NCBI GenBank assembly: GCA_013239625.1
Contig: MU053934.1
Location: forward strand, 6,838,399-6,902,398
DNA: 64,000 bases
Reading direction: 5' to 3'
Source of the DNA: Lama guanicoe
Lineage: Eukaryota
Under the pieces are notes generated by a model that saw only the letters and a program-made list of their open reading frames with translations, had not been told where the DNA came from and made no database searches. Made by a program: the position numbers and the translations under genes. Positions 1 through 12,313 of the stretch are shown one piece after another; position 1 is the stretch's first letter; every line of letters starts with the position of its first letter.

Positions 1-769
1 TCATTATTTTAAGGTCAGACGGATAGGATGGTGAAAAGGCATGGCCCTGGCTCAGGTCTGCCACAGAGAGAACCTCAGAGCTCGGGTGAAATTGCCGTCT
101 CCAAAAAGCAAAATGATGAGGCTGTCTCTGTGGATCAGCAAGGAGACAGCAGGCCAACGGCCAGGAGGAGGGGGGCCGGCCTGCTGATGCAGCAGTGCGA
201 TCGGGTTCTGGCCTGGTGTTGTAGCCTCCATGTCCCTTCTTCCACTGGGGCGTCAGCACCCTGGAGCCTGGACCACAGCAGCCCAGCTCCCACCCCTCTC
301 CTGGACATGTGCCTCCGAGAGACCCCATCTGGGGTGCAGGCTGCTCCAGTTGGCTGCCGCCTAGAAGCATCCCCCAGTTAAGGCTCAGTGCTACAGACAG
401 GTGCGGAGTAATTTCCAAGTCCACGAATCCTTTTCTGCTACCATTTGTTTGCACCTCCAACAAACATTTAGGAGTACCAGTTAGATCACAGGCCTCGTTC
501 GAGGCCTGGAGGGGCTCCCTGCCAGGGCAGTGTCCCTGTCTAACAGGGAAACAGAGGGAGCCTGAGGTGGGAGGGCTAGTGGGGAGAGAATCACTGATTC
601 TGACTCGGGAGATGAGAGATGGGTGGTGAGACCCTGGGGGTCTGGAAGTCATCAGTGAACTGAAAGCAGGACACACGCACAGTGAGGCTGGAAATGGCTC
701 AAAAACAGAGGGGAAAGAAAACATACTCTGGCTGGGTGTGACACAGGCCCTATGTCAACTAAACACCAT

Positions 770-895
770 GACAAACCTATGAGGCAACTGCTGCAACCCT
801 ATTTTGCAGATGAAAAAAACCAGTGGGTCTTAGAGGTCCAAAGCTGCAGAGGTCCTAAGTGGTAAAGTTGGGATTGGAACCCAGTTTGTCTGGCG
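770..895 (-). mobile_element. MIR SINE fragment
   Basis: Antisense MIR core (cctattttgcagatga...gggattggaacccagtttgtctg). Confidence 0.7.
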
Positions 896-2564
896 GTGCT
901 AAGGAAGAAAAAAGCCAGTACCCAGGCCAGGCAGTGGAGGCAGAGACAAGTCCAGCCAGGTGTGACCGGCACAAGGCTGCGAGCGCTCCTGGTGGCACCA
1001 AGCACAGTAGGTGTCAGATGCTAAAGAGAGGGGTTCGTCAGACCCCTGGTAGGAGGCGTCAACTTGCACAGTTGGAGGCTGACAAGTGGCTTCAAGATCA
1101 CACGAAGTCACAGACCAGAGAGCGTGGGTGAAAGGGGCTTGGACAGAGCTGCTGGGGCATCCAGCCAGCCTTGGGGGCCTGCTTCTCATCCTAGATGCAG
1201 AAGGGCTTCCTCGGGACCCTCACAGAGCTTGGAGTATGCCCCTGAGTGCCACAGGGATAACACAGTGGCTGGTGTCTGTCTCAAGCCCTGTGGCAGTGGC
1301 ATCATGCTTTGCCCCTAGTTCAGGCAAAGGAGTGTTTCCCAAGGGACAAGTGGCAGAGTGAGCCGGCCTGGTGTTTCTCTTAGATTCCTGGGCTGGCAAG
1401 AGGGGCAAACAGCCCAGGGAAGAGGACTGGAGTGGACCCTGGATTTCTGGAGCCATGGCAGGAGGGAGAACCACAGGAGTGGCCCCTGAGTGACCATGAA
1501 ATTGCCCCAGGGAGTCCACGCCACACCCTGCAAGCGCACAGAGACAGGGCCAGTGTCTGCAGGCAGGGCTTCTCTGCCTGTTCCCCCTCCTCCTGGTCAC
1601 CTGCCACCACCTAGCTGACACGTGGGGAGGCTTGAAGCAGGGATCTGAGGGGGGAAGGAGAGAAGAGGGCCCTCGCCCCTTACTCTCACCCCCGATGGCT
1701 TTGGAATGGGCTCAGTGTCAATCAGTTCCAAATCCTGGCTGTGACTTAGGGTTAGAGACTTGAAGAACTAGGTCTCATCTGCGACTGTAAGTGACCGCAG
1801 GACTCTGACTTGCTTGGAGTGGCTGAAGCAGCTCCAGGCGCAGAGGCATCTCCCCCATGCCCAGAGGTTGCTTTGGGATAATTCTCCAGGATGTGCTTGC
1901 ATCCCTGTGAAGCCTAGGCCCGCACAGGCACAGATAGGCAAGCACTTCAAAGAGACTCGAGTGTTTTCTGCAGGAGGGACAGATTGGTGGCAGGAGAGAG
2001 AAGGGGCTAGGGGTGGCTCACTTTCCAACACAGGTTTGAAAGGAAATGAGGTCGTGGGAGGTGCGGGGAAAATTTGAAGGTCGGGTCCAGGGGGAGATTT
2101 TCCGGATGGGAGAATTGTGAGCTTGCATCAGTGTGGAGGGTGCAGGGCTGAGAACGGGAGGGCGCCCCTGCTGGATGAGGTCCCTGGCCCCTGTGGGAGG
2201 AGGCTGGGAGCAGGGCCAGCCAGAGAGGGATTGGGAAACAGTTGCAGCCTGGTGTCTGGGAGTCCCTGCTCCCCAGGGCCACTCCAGCCCAGCCCTGGTG
2301 AAGTGCTTGGCTACCTGTTATGCACCTCCGAGGCCTCTCCTCATGCTACCACTCCCCCCCCCCAACACAACTACAAGCACAGATGGTTGCACTGGGCAGC
2401 ACAGGCTCCCACCACTTAGCCTTGCTCACCCCCACTCTGCAGGAGATGGAGTTTTCAGGGATGGCACATCCTCTGTCCCTCACTTACTGGCAGCTCCAGG
2501 GACTGCTAGGAAGCCTGGGGCCTGGCCAGAAATGGGGGCGGGGGTGCCTGGGAGAAGTCCAACT

Positions 2565-2720
2565 TCTGGAGGCACCAGGCATTGGTTCAGATCCTGACTC
2601 TGTCATTAAAAGCTGTGCAACCTTGGGCAAATCACTTTACTTCTCTGAACCTCGATGCATTCTCTGCAACAAGGGGAGAACAGTGCCAACCTTACCAGCT
2701 GTCATGAGATAAAATGGGGC
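2565..2720 (+). mobile_element. MIR SINE fragment
   Basis: ggttcagatcctgactctgtca...gctgtgcaaccttgggcaaatcactttacttctctgaacctc matches the MIR core. Confidence 0.8.
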
Positions 2721-3914
2721 CAAGAACACAGCACGCCTGCCCCAGGGCCAGGCTGCCTTTCCCCAGAGACAGGGAGGCAAGAAAGTCGGACCAGTCCTAA
2801 GTTTTCACCATGAGTCTGGAAAGGCAAATGCCAGCCTGACTCTCCTGCCCACGTAAGTGACAGGCCTATGGCACAGGGCATCTTGGCACCGGGTGGCCTC
2901 TGGGCATGACAGGACCCGGAGGACTCCTGCTCCCTGCCACAACCTAACACCTCGGGCCCTGCGCTGGGCTGGACCTTGGGGAGAGGGTGGTGCCCTGGGG
3001 CTCGCCTGACTTCCAGAGGGGAGGCTCTCATGCCTGGGCGGGGATCTGAGCCCTGTGCCAGCCAGCAGGGGATCTGAGCCAGGAGAGCCCTCCCTGCCAG
3101 CAGCCTCCTCCTGCACTTCCCTACCGGCTCCTTTGCCGCCCTTGTTGGGAAAGACTTTATCTACCACCCGCTGATGCCTGATTCCTTTCTTTTCCGGTTC
3201 TTCTTTTGAATCTGTGGGCGCTTGAACTGTGGGTTTGCAAGCTGGTTGGAGGTGTCTCACTCCCACCTTGGGCCCAGGGACCCCATGCTGAGCCCCTGAG
3301 GGGAGGGATTTGCAATCAAGAAAATCAAGAGTGTGGGCGGGGTGCCCACCCCCAGCACAACACCCCCCTTGCCCACCTCCACTGCTCCAGAATCCAGCGT
3401 CTTCTCCTCTCCAGCCAGGCCTGCCTGGCACTGCCCCCCAGGGATCTACAAGCCATCCTGCTTCTGCCCTGCCTGACCCGGCTTGGGCTCCCCACCAGAG
3501 AGGCGCAGCAAGGAGTCTGAAATCAGTTTACAGGGTCAAGACATGCAGTTAAAAAAAATAGCACATGGAGCATTTCATTTGTAGTAAGGGCGCTGTTTTG
3601 TGACCTGCTTTGTTATATTCATATAACTGGGTTCAGACAGGGTCACACTACAAAGTGCATCCCTTAACTTTGGGCCACTGTTAAAAATTTTGAAAGTCCC
3701 TGGCCTGGAGGATCCAGTCCACACATCCAGGCCCCACGTAGCCTGGCTTAGCTGCCCTTCGTCCTCCCTCCCTCCCTGACAGATGCCCCACCCCCCAGGT
3801 TCTTGAGCCTTTGTGCAGACTATGCCCGCTGCTCTGAGTGCCCTCCTGTTCCCTTCCTTTCCCTGGGCAGCGGGGTCACCCTCTGGGTCTGCGGGACTCA
3901 CTGGCTACCTCCCT

Positions 3915-4135
3915 GAGCTGTTCCTGGCACGTGGTTCCGCCTGTACCGCACAGACCCTGAGGCATCACTGCGGATGACCAGAGTTCTAACCTCCACTGGG
4001 CGTGCTCCCTTTTGCAGATGAGAAAACTGAGGCTCAGAGAAGGAAAAGTTTTGCCCAATAAGCACAGTAGTTAGTAGTGATGGAGAAGGGATTTTAAGCT
4101 GGGTCTCTTTGAGCCCATAACCCCACAGCTTAACC
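3915..4135 (-). mobile_element. MIR SINE fragment
   Basis: ttttgcagatgagaaaactgaggctcagaga is the antisense MIR core. Confidence 0.8.
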
Positions 4136-5769
4136 ATTCTTCTAGACTATAATTTAAAAATCTCAAAGCAAGGGAAAAAAAAAACTTCTTAAATGAAAGA
4201 ACCACCCTCTTTTAAAGGGAGCCAAAAATTCAGAGGCCATTCCCCTAAATTTGGGCCATCTAATAGGCAGACAGACGCATCTGGCAGCCCACGGGGGTCG
4301 GAGGATGGTGGTACTCTGAACGCAGCCTGCAGCGTTAGGGGGACTGCTACTGTCATCCAGTTCAAAAGCTTGTGGCTCCCAAAGTGGAAGCCAGTGGCCT
4401 CATGAGCCCTGTAAGACTGGTCCTGTGGCAGGGCCAGCCAAGCATCCAAAGAGGGCCAGCCAGAGTCCTTCCCTGCAGCGATGACATCCCCTTCACCCCC
4501 AAGAATCTGGCACCCTCCCCATCACTCCCCTCCCTCCCCACGCTCTCCACCCACCCTGGCCCACTCACTGCTTCTCTCACCATCAACTCCCCAGCCAGGC
4601 CCTGGCCCCAGCTTCCCCCTCAGCCTGGAACTCAATCCCTTCCATGGCACGGAGCCAAGGGCATGAGAGTCCAGAAGTGGTGATCAAAGGTATCCATTCC
4701 AACTTAGGTAGATTTTAAATGAAAACACTTTGATTCTCCAGCTACAGAAGAAAGCAGTTCCTACAGTCTTTATTTTAGGCACGGAGTTTTGCCCTCCAAT
4801 TTAATTCTGGCATCTCTCAGAGGTGTGCCTTTTTTTCGAGGCCCTTCTGAAGGGCTGCTGAAAAGACACAGATGCGGGGCTGCTGGTTTTATCACAGGAC
4901 TCCGGCCATTTGCCTGAGCATCAATCCCAGGACGCCACAGAAAGACAGGTGAGCCCTTCAGGACACAGGCATCAAACACAACGGGTGGTGCGTGGCCAAG
5001 TGGCTGATTAGGAAGAAGCGTGAAGCAAGCGTTGGAAGGCAACCTTTGAACAGAGCATGTGTATTCTGGAGATTTTAGTGCTGATGCCCTCGGAACACTG
5101 CCATCAGACTGGCTGTCACATCTTTCAACACCTCCAAATTACAAAGATGCTCACGGATGTGGCTTGCCTAGGGGGTGGGGTGGGGGTGGGGCATTTCCAC
5201 AGCCTGCCTGCATCCGGTTCTCACGCCTTCAGACTAGGACCCTGGGTGCACAGTGGCCATGTGGGGACACTAACCAGGTGCAGAATGTCAAGTGTTTGGT
5301 CTCAGGACTCTGTAAGCTCCACGAATGTTGACTGGTGTCTTTACAGTAGTCGCCTTCCTTTTAGCCTATTTTGGAAGACAAGTTGCTCAAACTTTGAAAC
5401 TTGTTTGAGGGTGTGGCCTGGGGCAGCAGGGACGCGGTTTCTTCCTTTATATCCAGCTCACCTTCAAAGAAGGGTGTCTGGATGGGGTGGAGGTGTGATA
5501 CGGCCAACAGGTGGCGTGAGGTCCTGCTCCTTGTCTCTGAATGGGGGTGGGAGAGATGGAGTGAGGGGGTCAGACCCCACCAGGACGCCCCCTTCAGCAA
5601 GGAGTGTGTGCCCCCCGAAAGTGCCACTGCCCCCAGGAAGGGAGGTGACTGATGAAGCCGAAAGTGGTGAGATAAAGGGAAGTCTCTGGACGACAGGAAC
5701 CCAGTGGAGGGGACCCAGCCCAGCTGGACAGGGCAGGGGCTTCATGGGGAGGAGATCCTTGGAGCCGGC

Positions 5770-5960
5770 GCTTTGTTTTTTAAATTATAATTCTTCAGAG
5801 CGCACTCCCCATTATAAAAGTGAAACATGCTCACTGTAGAAATTCTAGAAACCACAGCAAAGGATCAAGAAGGACGTCGAGCTATGTGTAGTTCTGCACC
5901 CCTGCCCGCCCCCCCCCCGCCCCCGACGTCACAGCTGTGAACATTTTGATCTTTCTTCCC
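5770..5960 (-). mobile_element. Old L1 (L1ME-like) 3' end fragment
   Basis: ttataaaagtgaaacatgctcactgtagaaattctagaaa...gctgtgaacattttg resembles an antisense L1ME 3' terminus. Confidence 0.5.
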
Positions 5961-6347
5961 CAAGCTGAAGTTTGAAGGAAGAGTAGGACGCAACCAGGAT
6001 TAGGCAGAGGGTCGCAGGTGGGGCTTTAAGCACAAGAAAGCTCTTGGAAGAAGCTTCTACAAGTCTGGAAACAGGACATGGAGTTGGGAGACTCCAGAGC
6101 CATGGTGGAGTTGAAAGAAAGGGTTTGGGGTGGGGGCTGGGGAAGGTGGGGGCGTTGAAGTTTGTCCCGGAAACATAGGGAGCCTCTGTGCACTTCTAAA
6201 TTGGGAAGTGACATGATCACATGTCATGTTGGAAGATGACAAGAGAAACATTCAGAGGCCCAAACAGTCTTCCTTAGCCGCCTAAAACCCTTGCATTGGT
6301 GACTCGACTTGTTCTGTGGGATTCCAACCCTCTCCGGCCCCCAGCCT

Positions 6348-6400
6348 CTTTTTTTAAATTTCTTTTATTGAAATATAGTCAGTTTACAATGTTGTGTCAA
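6348..6400 (-). mobile_element. Short young L1 3' terminus
   Basis: Poly-T followed by ttttattgaaatatagtcagtttacaatgttgtgt, the antisense artiodactyl-type L1 3' end. Confidence 0.7.
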
Positions 6401-7321
6401 TAATAAACACTTTTGGCTGTCAACATACTAACTCCTTCCTGTGGACGCTTTCGCCAGATCACTTTTATCCTGACTTCTCTTAAATCCCTACCCCCCCAAA
6501 GATCTTATACCCTCCAAGCAAAAAAATCACTCAATTACCCTCCATCCTCCTCTCCTTCCCCTTCTATATCCTCCAATCTGCCAGTCTGGTCCTTCCCTCC
6601 CATCCCGCCCTCTTCCCTCCCAACCCTTGATGCTTTCCACCCAGGAGGTCAGCGAAGACCCTGGTGGCAAAGCTGTGGCTCCTGCTCTTCCTCATCTTGG
6701 CCCTGACCCTGCAGACACCTTCCTCTCCCAGCCTACACCTTCTCTCTCTGGTGATTCTTACACAGTGCACCTCTTAAGTTTGGGTACTTGTTCCTCGGCT
6801 GTCTGTACTCTCACCTGCTCCAGGTGAGCTTGGTCATGCCCCACACCTCTGAGCTCCTGCACATTCAGAACCACAGGTGAACACCCCGGGGAGCAAGGCT
6901 GGCTTTGTCATGGGCTGAGAGAATGGACCAGAAAGGGCACCATTGAGAAAGTACCAGAGTTCAACTTTGACTAAGAGGTTGTAGTCACCAGCGGAGCAAG
7001 TAAGAGGACACCTTCCAGGCCAAGGGAGCAGCAGGAGTTACAACTTACCCAGGCAGTCACCCAGCATGGCTCAAAAGTGGGGTATGGGAGCGGGGAGCGG
7101 GAGCCCGGGAGGAAAGGGTAGTCCAGGGCGAGGGGAGAGGGCCTTATCTAAGTAATCTGCGGCAAGAACCAGATGATGGCCGTGAGTCTGCGGCTGAGCT
7201 CCATGGATCCCGGGGAGGCTATTTTATATACACACGCTATCTCCTGGGCCCCAGCTCCTTAGGACAGGTCTGAGAAGGGGAGTTGCTGGTTCAAAGGGTC
7301 TGCATGTTTAATTTTTAATTT

Positions 7322-7450
7322 TTTTCATTCTCCAAATATTTATTGAGCACCTACTATACACCAGACAATGTGCTTGAAATACACTGTTAATATGACAAAA
7401 AAAACTCCTTAACCCAAGGAACTCATAGTCTAGTGTTAAAGGGAAGTCCC
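7322..7450 (-). mobile_element. L2 3' end
   Basis: ttcattctccaaatatttattgagcacctactat...aaggaactcatagtctag is the antisense L2 tail. Confidence 0.75.
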
Positions 7451-8934
7451 ACCAATAAAGGGTATGCATGTTCTGAATTCTGATATGGGTTGCCAAGTGT
7501 GAACTTGCCTTCAGAAATGTGTCCCTGGGCCCATGACCAGCACCGTGGTGAGAGCCTCTCCGGTCTGTGTGAGGACGCGCTGCCTGATGGGAGGCCTCCC
7601 CTGTGCCTGGGCTTGGGCTGCACCCACTTGATGCCACCTCCCCCGGCAAACTGGCCCGTCAGCAGCAAGCAGGGACCAGGCCCAGAGCCTCAAAGGGGCT
7701 GCAGCTCCGGCCTACCCTGTCTCCACCACAGCCCACACAGTCTTGGGGTGGGGAGGGAGTCGGGGGGTGGGAGCAGATACCCACCAGGCCCACCACCTCC
7801 TCCAGGCAGCCTGTCCCCATGGGCAAGGCCCACAGTGCCTCCCTGAGAGGTCCCAGTTGCCATGCGCTGGGGCCTTCGGTGGTCCTGGATGTGTCCTCCT
7901 GTTGCCACTGGCAAGAGGCTTACATAGGATGGTACTGATCACTGTGACAGAGAAGTGGGGCTCAGAGTGGTCAGGTCACTTGGCCAAAGTCTTCTAGGAC
8001 TCAAACCCAGGCAGGTCAAACTGTCCTTGCCAGGAAGCCAGGCGCTCCACCTGCCAATTTCACACCGACTTCCTCTCCCTCCACCTGGAGGCTCACCTAA
8101 TCACCCCCTTCCCTTCCTCTGGCTTTGGCCCCACCCCAGTGCCTGACACCTGCACTCCCCCTACCCTGAGGCCCCAGCTAGACCCACAACAAGCAAGGAA
8201 GCAGGTGAGGGTCAGATCCTGCTTCCGGGCTCATGTTTACCCAGAGCTCCTGTCCACTCCCTCCCTCACGGCAGTCCTGCTGCTCCACCTGGGCGGAGAG
8301 GAGCCCAAGGCTCAGGGAGGGCAGGAGGCTCACCCAGCCGCACCTCACACCAAGACCACACCCTGGACCCCAGGCACCTCTCCTGGGGGCATCATGTCTC
8401 CACCCTGCTCAGAACTCCTGGGGTCGTCTGGCCAGGAGTGGAATTCATCCTGCTATTGTTTGTATTTCCCAGGCACCCCCTGGGTACCAGGCACTGTGCT
8501 GGGAGTCAAGGATTTGAAGCCAAGTAAGTCCACACATGTTCTGCCCTCTAGCAGCTCACTGTCCACACAGGGGGGCAGACGGCGCGGAGAGCAGCAGCCT
8601 TAATGGGAATGTATCCCCTCGAGGCACCAAACACACGTGTGCCTGAGACCACACGTGCGTGTTCACAGCCATAGACGGGAACACCTGGAACGTCAATTAT
8701 AACTAAATAGAAGGCAGTACATTCATTCAACAGGACGCTCCACAGCAGGGGTCGACAAAAGTGTTCTGTAAAGGGCCGGATAGTAAATATTTTACGCTTT
8801 GCGAGCCATATGGTCTGCATCACAGCTACTCAACTCTGCTGTTGTGGGGCAAAAGCAGTCATAGATGAGCTATGAATGGATACGCATGGCTCTGTTCCAA
8901 TAAAACTTTATTTATGGACGTGGAAATGTGAATA

Positions 8935-9464
8935 TAGTCATCACTTGGTATCCACGGGGGATTGGTTCCAGGATCCATCACAGATACCAAAATCCACAGA
9001 TGCTCAAGTCCTTTATATACAATGGCATAGGATTCCTATGTACAGTCGACCTTAAACAATGAGGTGGTTAGGCGCACCGACCCCCCGCACAGTCGAAAAT
9101 CCAAGTATAACTTTACAGTTGGCCCTTGGTATCCACGGTTCCACATCCTCCGACTCAATCAACCGTGTAGCACTGTAGTATTTACTATTGAAAAATATCC
9201 ACGTGTGAATGTACCTGCCAGTTTAAAGTCACGTTGTCCAAGGGTCAACTGCACTTCCAATCATCTCAAGATTACTTACAATACCTAACACAATGTGAGT
9301 GCAGTGTGAGTTGCTGTAAATACTGTGTACAAGGTTGCCTTGTGCACTGCAAATTCAAGTTTTGCTTTTTGGAATTTTCTGAAAAAAACTTTTTTCCAAA
9401 TATTTTCGATCCACGGTTGACTGAATCTGCAGATGAGGATCTGGCGGATACGGAGGGCTGACTT
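8935..9464 (+). mobile_element. MER2/MER2B (TcMar-Tigger MITE), split by a Tigger2-type MITE
   Basis: tagtcatcacttggtatccacgggggattggttccagga ... ggatacggagggctgact, with TA on both flanks. Confidence 0.85.
9043..9251. mobile_element. Tigger2-family MITE (~210 bp)
   Basis: TIRs cagtcgaccttaaacaa / ttgtccaagggtcaactg; flanks TA / CA. Confidence 0.8.
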
Positions 9465-10677
9465 TATTGTATAATTTTCACATGCCGTGAAATACGTATT
9501 CTGTTTCTGATTTTTTTGCCAACAATTAAAAAAATATAAAAACCATTAATAACTCACAGGCCGTACAAAAAGGCAGTGGGCTGGATTAACCTCACGGGTC
9601 AGGGTTTGCAACACCTGCTCCTTAGCGATGGAAATAAGCAAACTTCAACCACACTGTCAACTGGATATATTTTCAAAAACATAATGTTGAGTGAAAGAAG
9701 CAGGTCACAAAGAACATGCACAGTGTCATTCTGATTACACAAAGTCCAAAAACAAGCCAGACTAATCTATATTGTTTAGGGATGCAAATTAAAGGATAAA
9801 AGTATAAAGAAATACCAGGAAGCCATTGCCTTAAATTGAGGAATGGTGGTGCCTCTGAGGGGAGAGGGACGGTCTTGGGGTGGGGACCAGGGGCTTTGGG
9901 GCACACGAATGCTCTCTTTCTTGCCTAGAGGTAGACACACAGGCCTTTGTTTTATAATATTTATTGCACTTCTCTGTGCCTGTATTATATTTCACAATTT
10001 AAAAAGAGAAAGCAATGACAATGGGACCTATTGGGATGGCATCTCAACCCCTACCTGAAGGCATTTATAATTCACGAGGAATTATATCCCAGTGCGAATG
10101 GTCTCCCACAGCTCTGCTAAGAGACGCTCCTCTCCAGTCAAACTGAACCTCTCACCATTCCCGCCCCCGGCTCTGCCTTCTGGCCTCCCAGCCTTTATTC
10201 ATGCAGTGCCTGCCACCCACCCACCTGCTCCCCCTCCGCCCCGCCTCCCCCTCCAATACTCCCCCTGCCCACCTCCAGCAGAGAGGTGCTTCTCCTCCGC
10301 CTGCCTCGAAAGCTCTTTATTGGGATTAGACAAAGATGAAAAGCAGAGGCCAGTCCTGACAGAGGCCTGGAGCTGCAGGAGGGGAGGCAGCAGGCTCCTG
10401 AACATCTTTTGGACAACAAAGGGAGCGGTGACACCTGGTTCCAGAGCAAACGGGGGAGGGGAGGCAAACCTGCATAGGGAACTCTTGCCTTGGGTTGTGT
10501 TCTGTGGGTGAGTCTCACAGTTTCCACCAGGCTGAGAGTAGGGGCTGTGGCTTGTTCACCACCAGTTCCCCGCCAGTGCCTAGAACTGGTCCACTTCAAT
10601 GGATATTTGAGAAATAAATAAAGCCCAGAGTTCTGAAAAGGCCAGGAAGGGAAAGGAGACTGACATTTGTTAAGGAC

Positions 10678-10775
10678 ATCAAGGTTCAGAAAGGTTAAGT
10701 AACTTGCCTGAGGTCACACAGCAGTCAATAGACAAAGGCAGGACTTGAACATAGTCTGTGTGGCCCCAAAGCCTA
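10678..10775 (-). mobile_element. MIR fragment
   Basis: aggttaagtaacttgcctgaggtcacacagc. Confidence 0.8.
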
Positions 10776-11129
10776 TGGAGGTGACTGAGGCCTGGTGGAA
10801 ACAGGGCTAGAGCAGGTGTGCAGCTGCTCCTGGGAAAGCAGAGCCTCAAGCTCAGAAGATTCACTTCTAGGGGAGAGCCGTTGCCCATGAGAACATAGGT
10901 GGCCGCCAGACCCTTTGAGGGCTCAAGAGATCAGAGGAGAGTAGGGAGAGGATGGTTGGGAGCAAGAAAAGTCCTGAGATTAGATCCCAGAGTGGGCTGG
11001 AGACCCCTGGAAATGTCAGAGTGATCCCCCAGGCTCTGATGATCCCCCAAGATGTTGAGCTAGCCAACTGAATCTTGCACTTCCGTTGGCTCTGCTAGGC
11101 TGGCAGGTGGCTGACTTTCCCTGAGTCCT

Positions 11130-11320
11130 AACTATGTGCCCTAACCACTCAGTCTCAGGATGTGTTAACAGGCAGGCACTACGATCACATCCATTTAACA
11201 CATGAGACCGTTGAGGCACAGCAACATTAAGAACCTGCCCAGAGGCCCAGGGTGAGTCACAGAGCTCAGATTCAAACTCAGGCTGAATGCTCGTGGCCTG
11301 CACACAACCTGGCATCATGC
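11130..11320 (-). mobile_element. MIR fragment
   Basis: ccatttaacacatgagaccgttgaggcacag...cagattcaaactcaggct. Confidence 0.6.
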
Positions 11321-12079
11321 AGTTCAGGGAAACAGCGCATTGAGCCCCGGCTTCAGTGAGGATGCTCCCCAAGACACCTGTGGACACGGTTGAGGGCTGC
11401 AAGCTGGGTCTTGGTGCTGGCGGTCGATGGAGCTGGTTGCACTAGGCTGATGGGTGAGGTCAGGGGAGGTCGGGGGACATGGGAGAGGCAGGATTCCTTC
11501 TACCAAACCCTCAAAGCTCAGAGATAAGAGGGTGGGGAGGGGCATGGCACCCACAGAGGAGGGACTAGGAATAATGGGGTCCTGTCTGCTGATCCAAGAG
11601 GTTCTAGGAGACCACAAGGTGTTTCCACCTCTTGTGAAAGAGCAGAATTTCTCTTTTGTATAGTGTTTGTTGCAATACTGGGGGAAAAAAAATCTGTTGT
11701 TTGTTTGCAATTAAGACAGTTACAAAAGTGCAGCCCGCAAAGTCTCTTCCTCTCAGTTACTGGGATGAGCCAGGTCCCTTTTGGGGAAGAGGGACCACAC
11801 AAAAAGAAATGATGAGAACTAGGGGGAAATTAAGTTAAAAATGAGTATGAGTTCCAAAGCATTGTCACCATCAAAGTGCATCTTTGCATCCCCATCTCTA
11901 GTGGGGCAGGAGGGGGAATGCAAGGTGCGCAATATTAAAGGAGATAATATGGCAAGGGGTCTGGCCCCTGAGGCCTGCTCAGCTACCACACAGCCAGGTC
12001 TTGCCTCCCTAGGGGTATAGATTTTTCTGTGAAGGATGTTCTTTACAAAGAAAGACAGAAGAGTCCCGGGTATCAAGGG

Positions 12080-12267
12080 TCCTGGCTCAAGGTTCAGGCT
12101 CACTCGGGTCTGAACTTGACCTCTACTCACCCTGTAGGCCTTGAGCAAGCTACATGGCCTCTCTGGGCCTCAATTTCCTGTTCTTAAGTGGTGCTAGTGG
12201 GGACGGCTTCCCAAGGGTGCCTGGAGGAGGCTGAGCGTGTGTGAAGCCAGCTTACGTGCTCATAGAG
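12080..12267 (+). mobile_element. MIR fragment
   Basis: ccttgagcaagctacatggcctctctgggcctcaatttcct. Confidence 0.65.
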
Positions 12268-12313
12268 GCTAATTCATGATAATAAGAATAGCTAATTCAT
12301 GATAATAAGAATA
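12268..12313. repeat. Perfect 23-bp tandem duplication
   Basis: gctaattcatgataataagaata occurs twice in tandem. Confidence 0.95.

Larger units (their letters stand above)
8746..9617 (+). mobile_element. MER58B (hAT-Charlie MITE), split by a MER2 insertion
   Basis: TIRs caggggtcgacaaa / tttgcaacacctg; 8-bp TSD ctccacag / ctccttag; internal ctgtaaagggccggatagtaaatatttt and gttccaataaaactttatttatggac. Confidence 0.85.
8600..10005 (+). mobile_element. L1ME-type 3' region, interrupted by MER58B
   Basis: ...ctccacag [insert] ...aaacataatgttgagtgaaagaagcaggtcacaaag...actaatctatattgtttagggatgca is collinear with the L1ME 3' UTR. Confidence 0.7.

Noticed and set aside
489..508. Palindrome caggcctcg-tt-cgaggcctg
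   Set aside because: Isolated 9-bp arms with no supporting context; plausible by chance in 64 kb.
5057..5839. Longest ORF (260 aa)
   Set aside because: No recognisable domain; its composition (Gly/Ser/Pro/Arg/Cys/Trp-rich) is typical of chance ORFs in GC-rich non-coding DNA, and it ends inside an L1 fragment.
12268..12313. 23-bp direct repeat as a CRISPR-like or regulatory array
   Set aside because: Two adjacent copies with no spacer; a simple slippage duplication in a mammalian genome.
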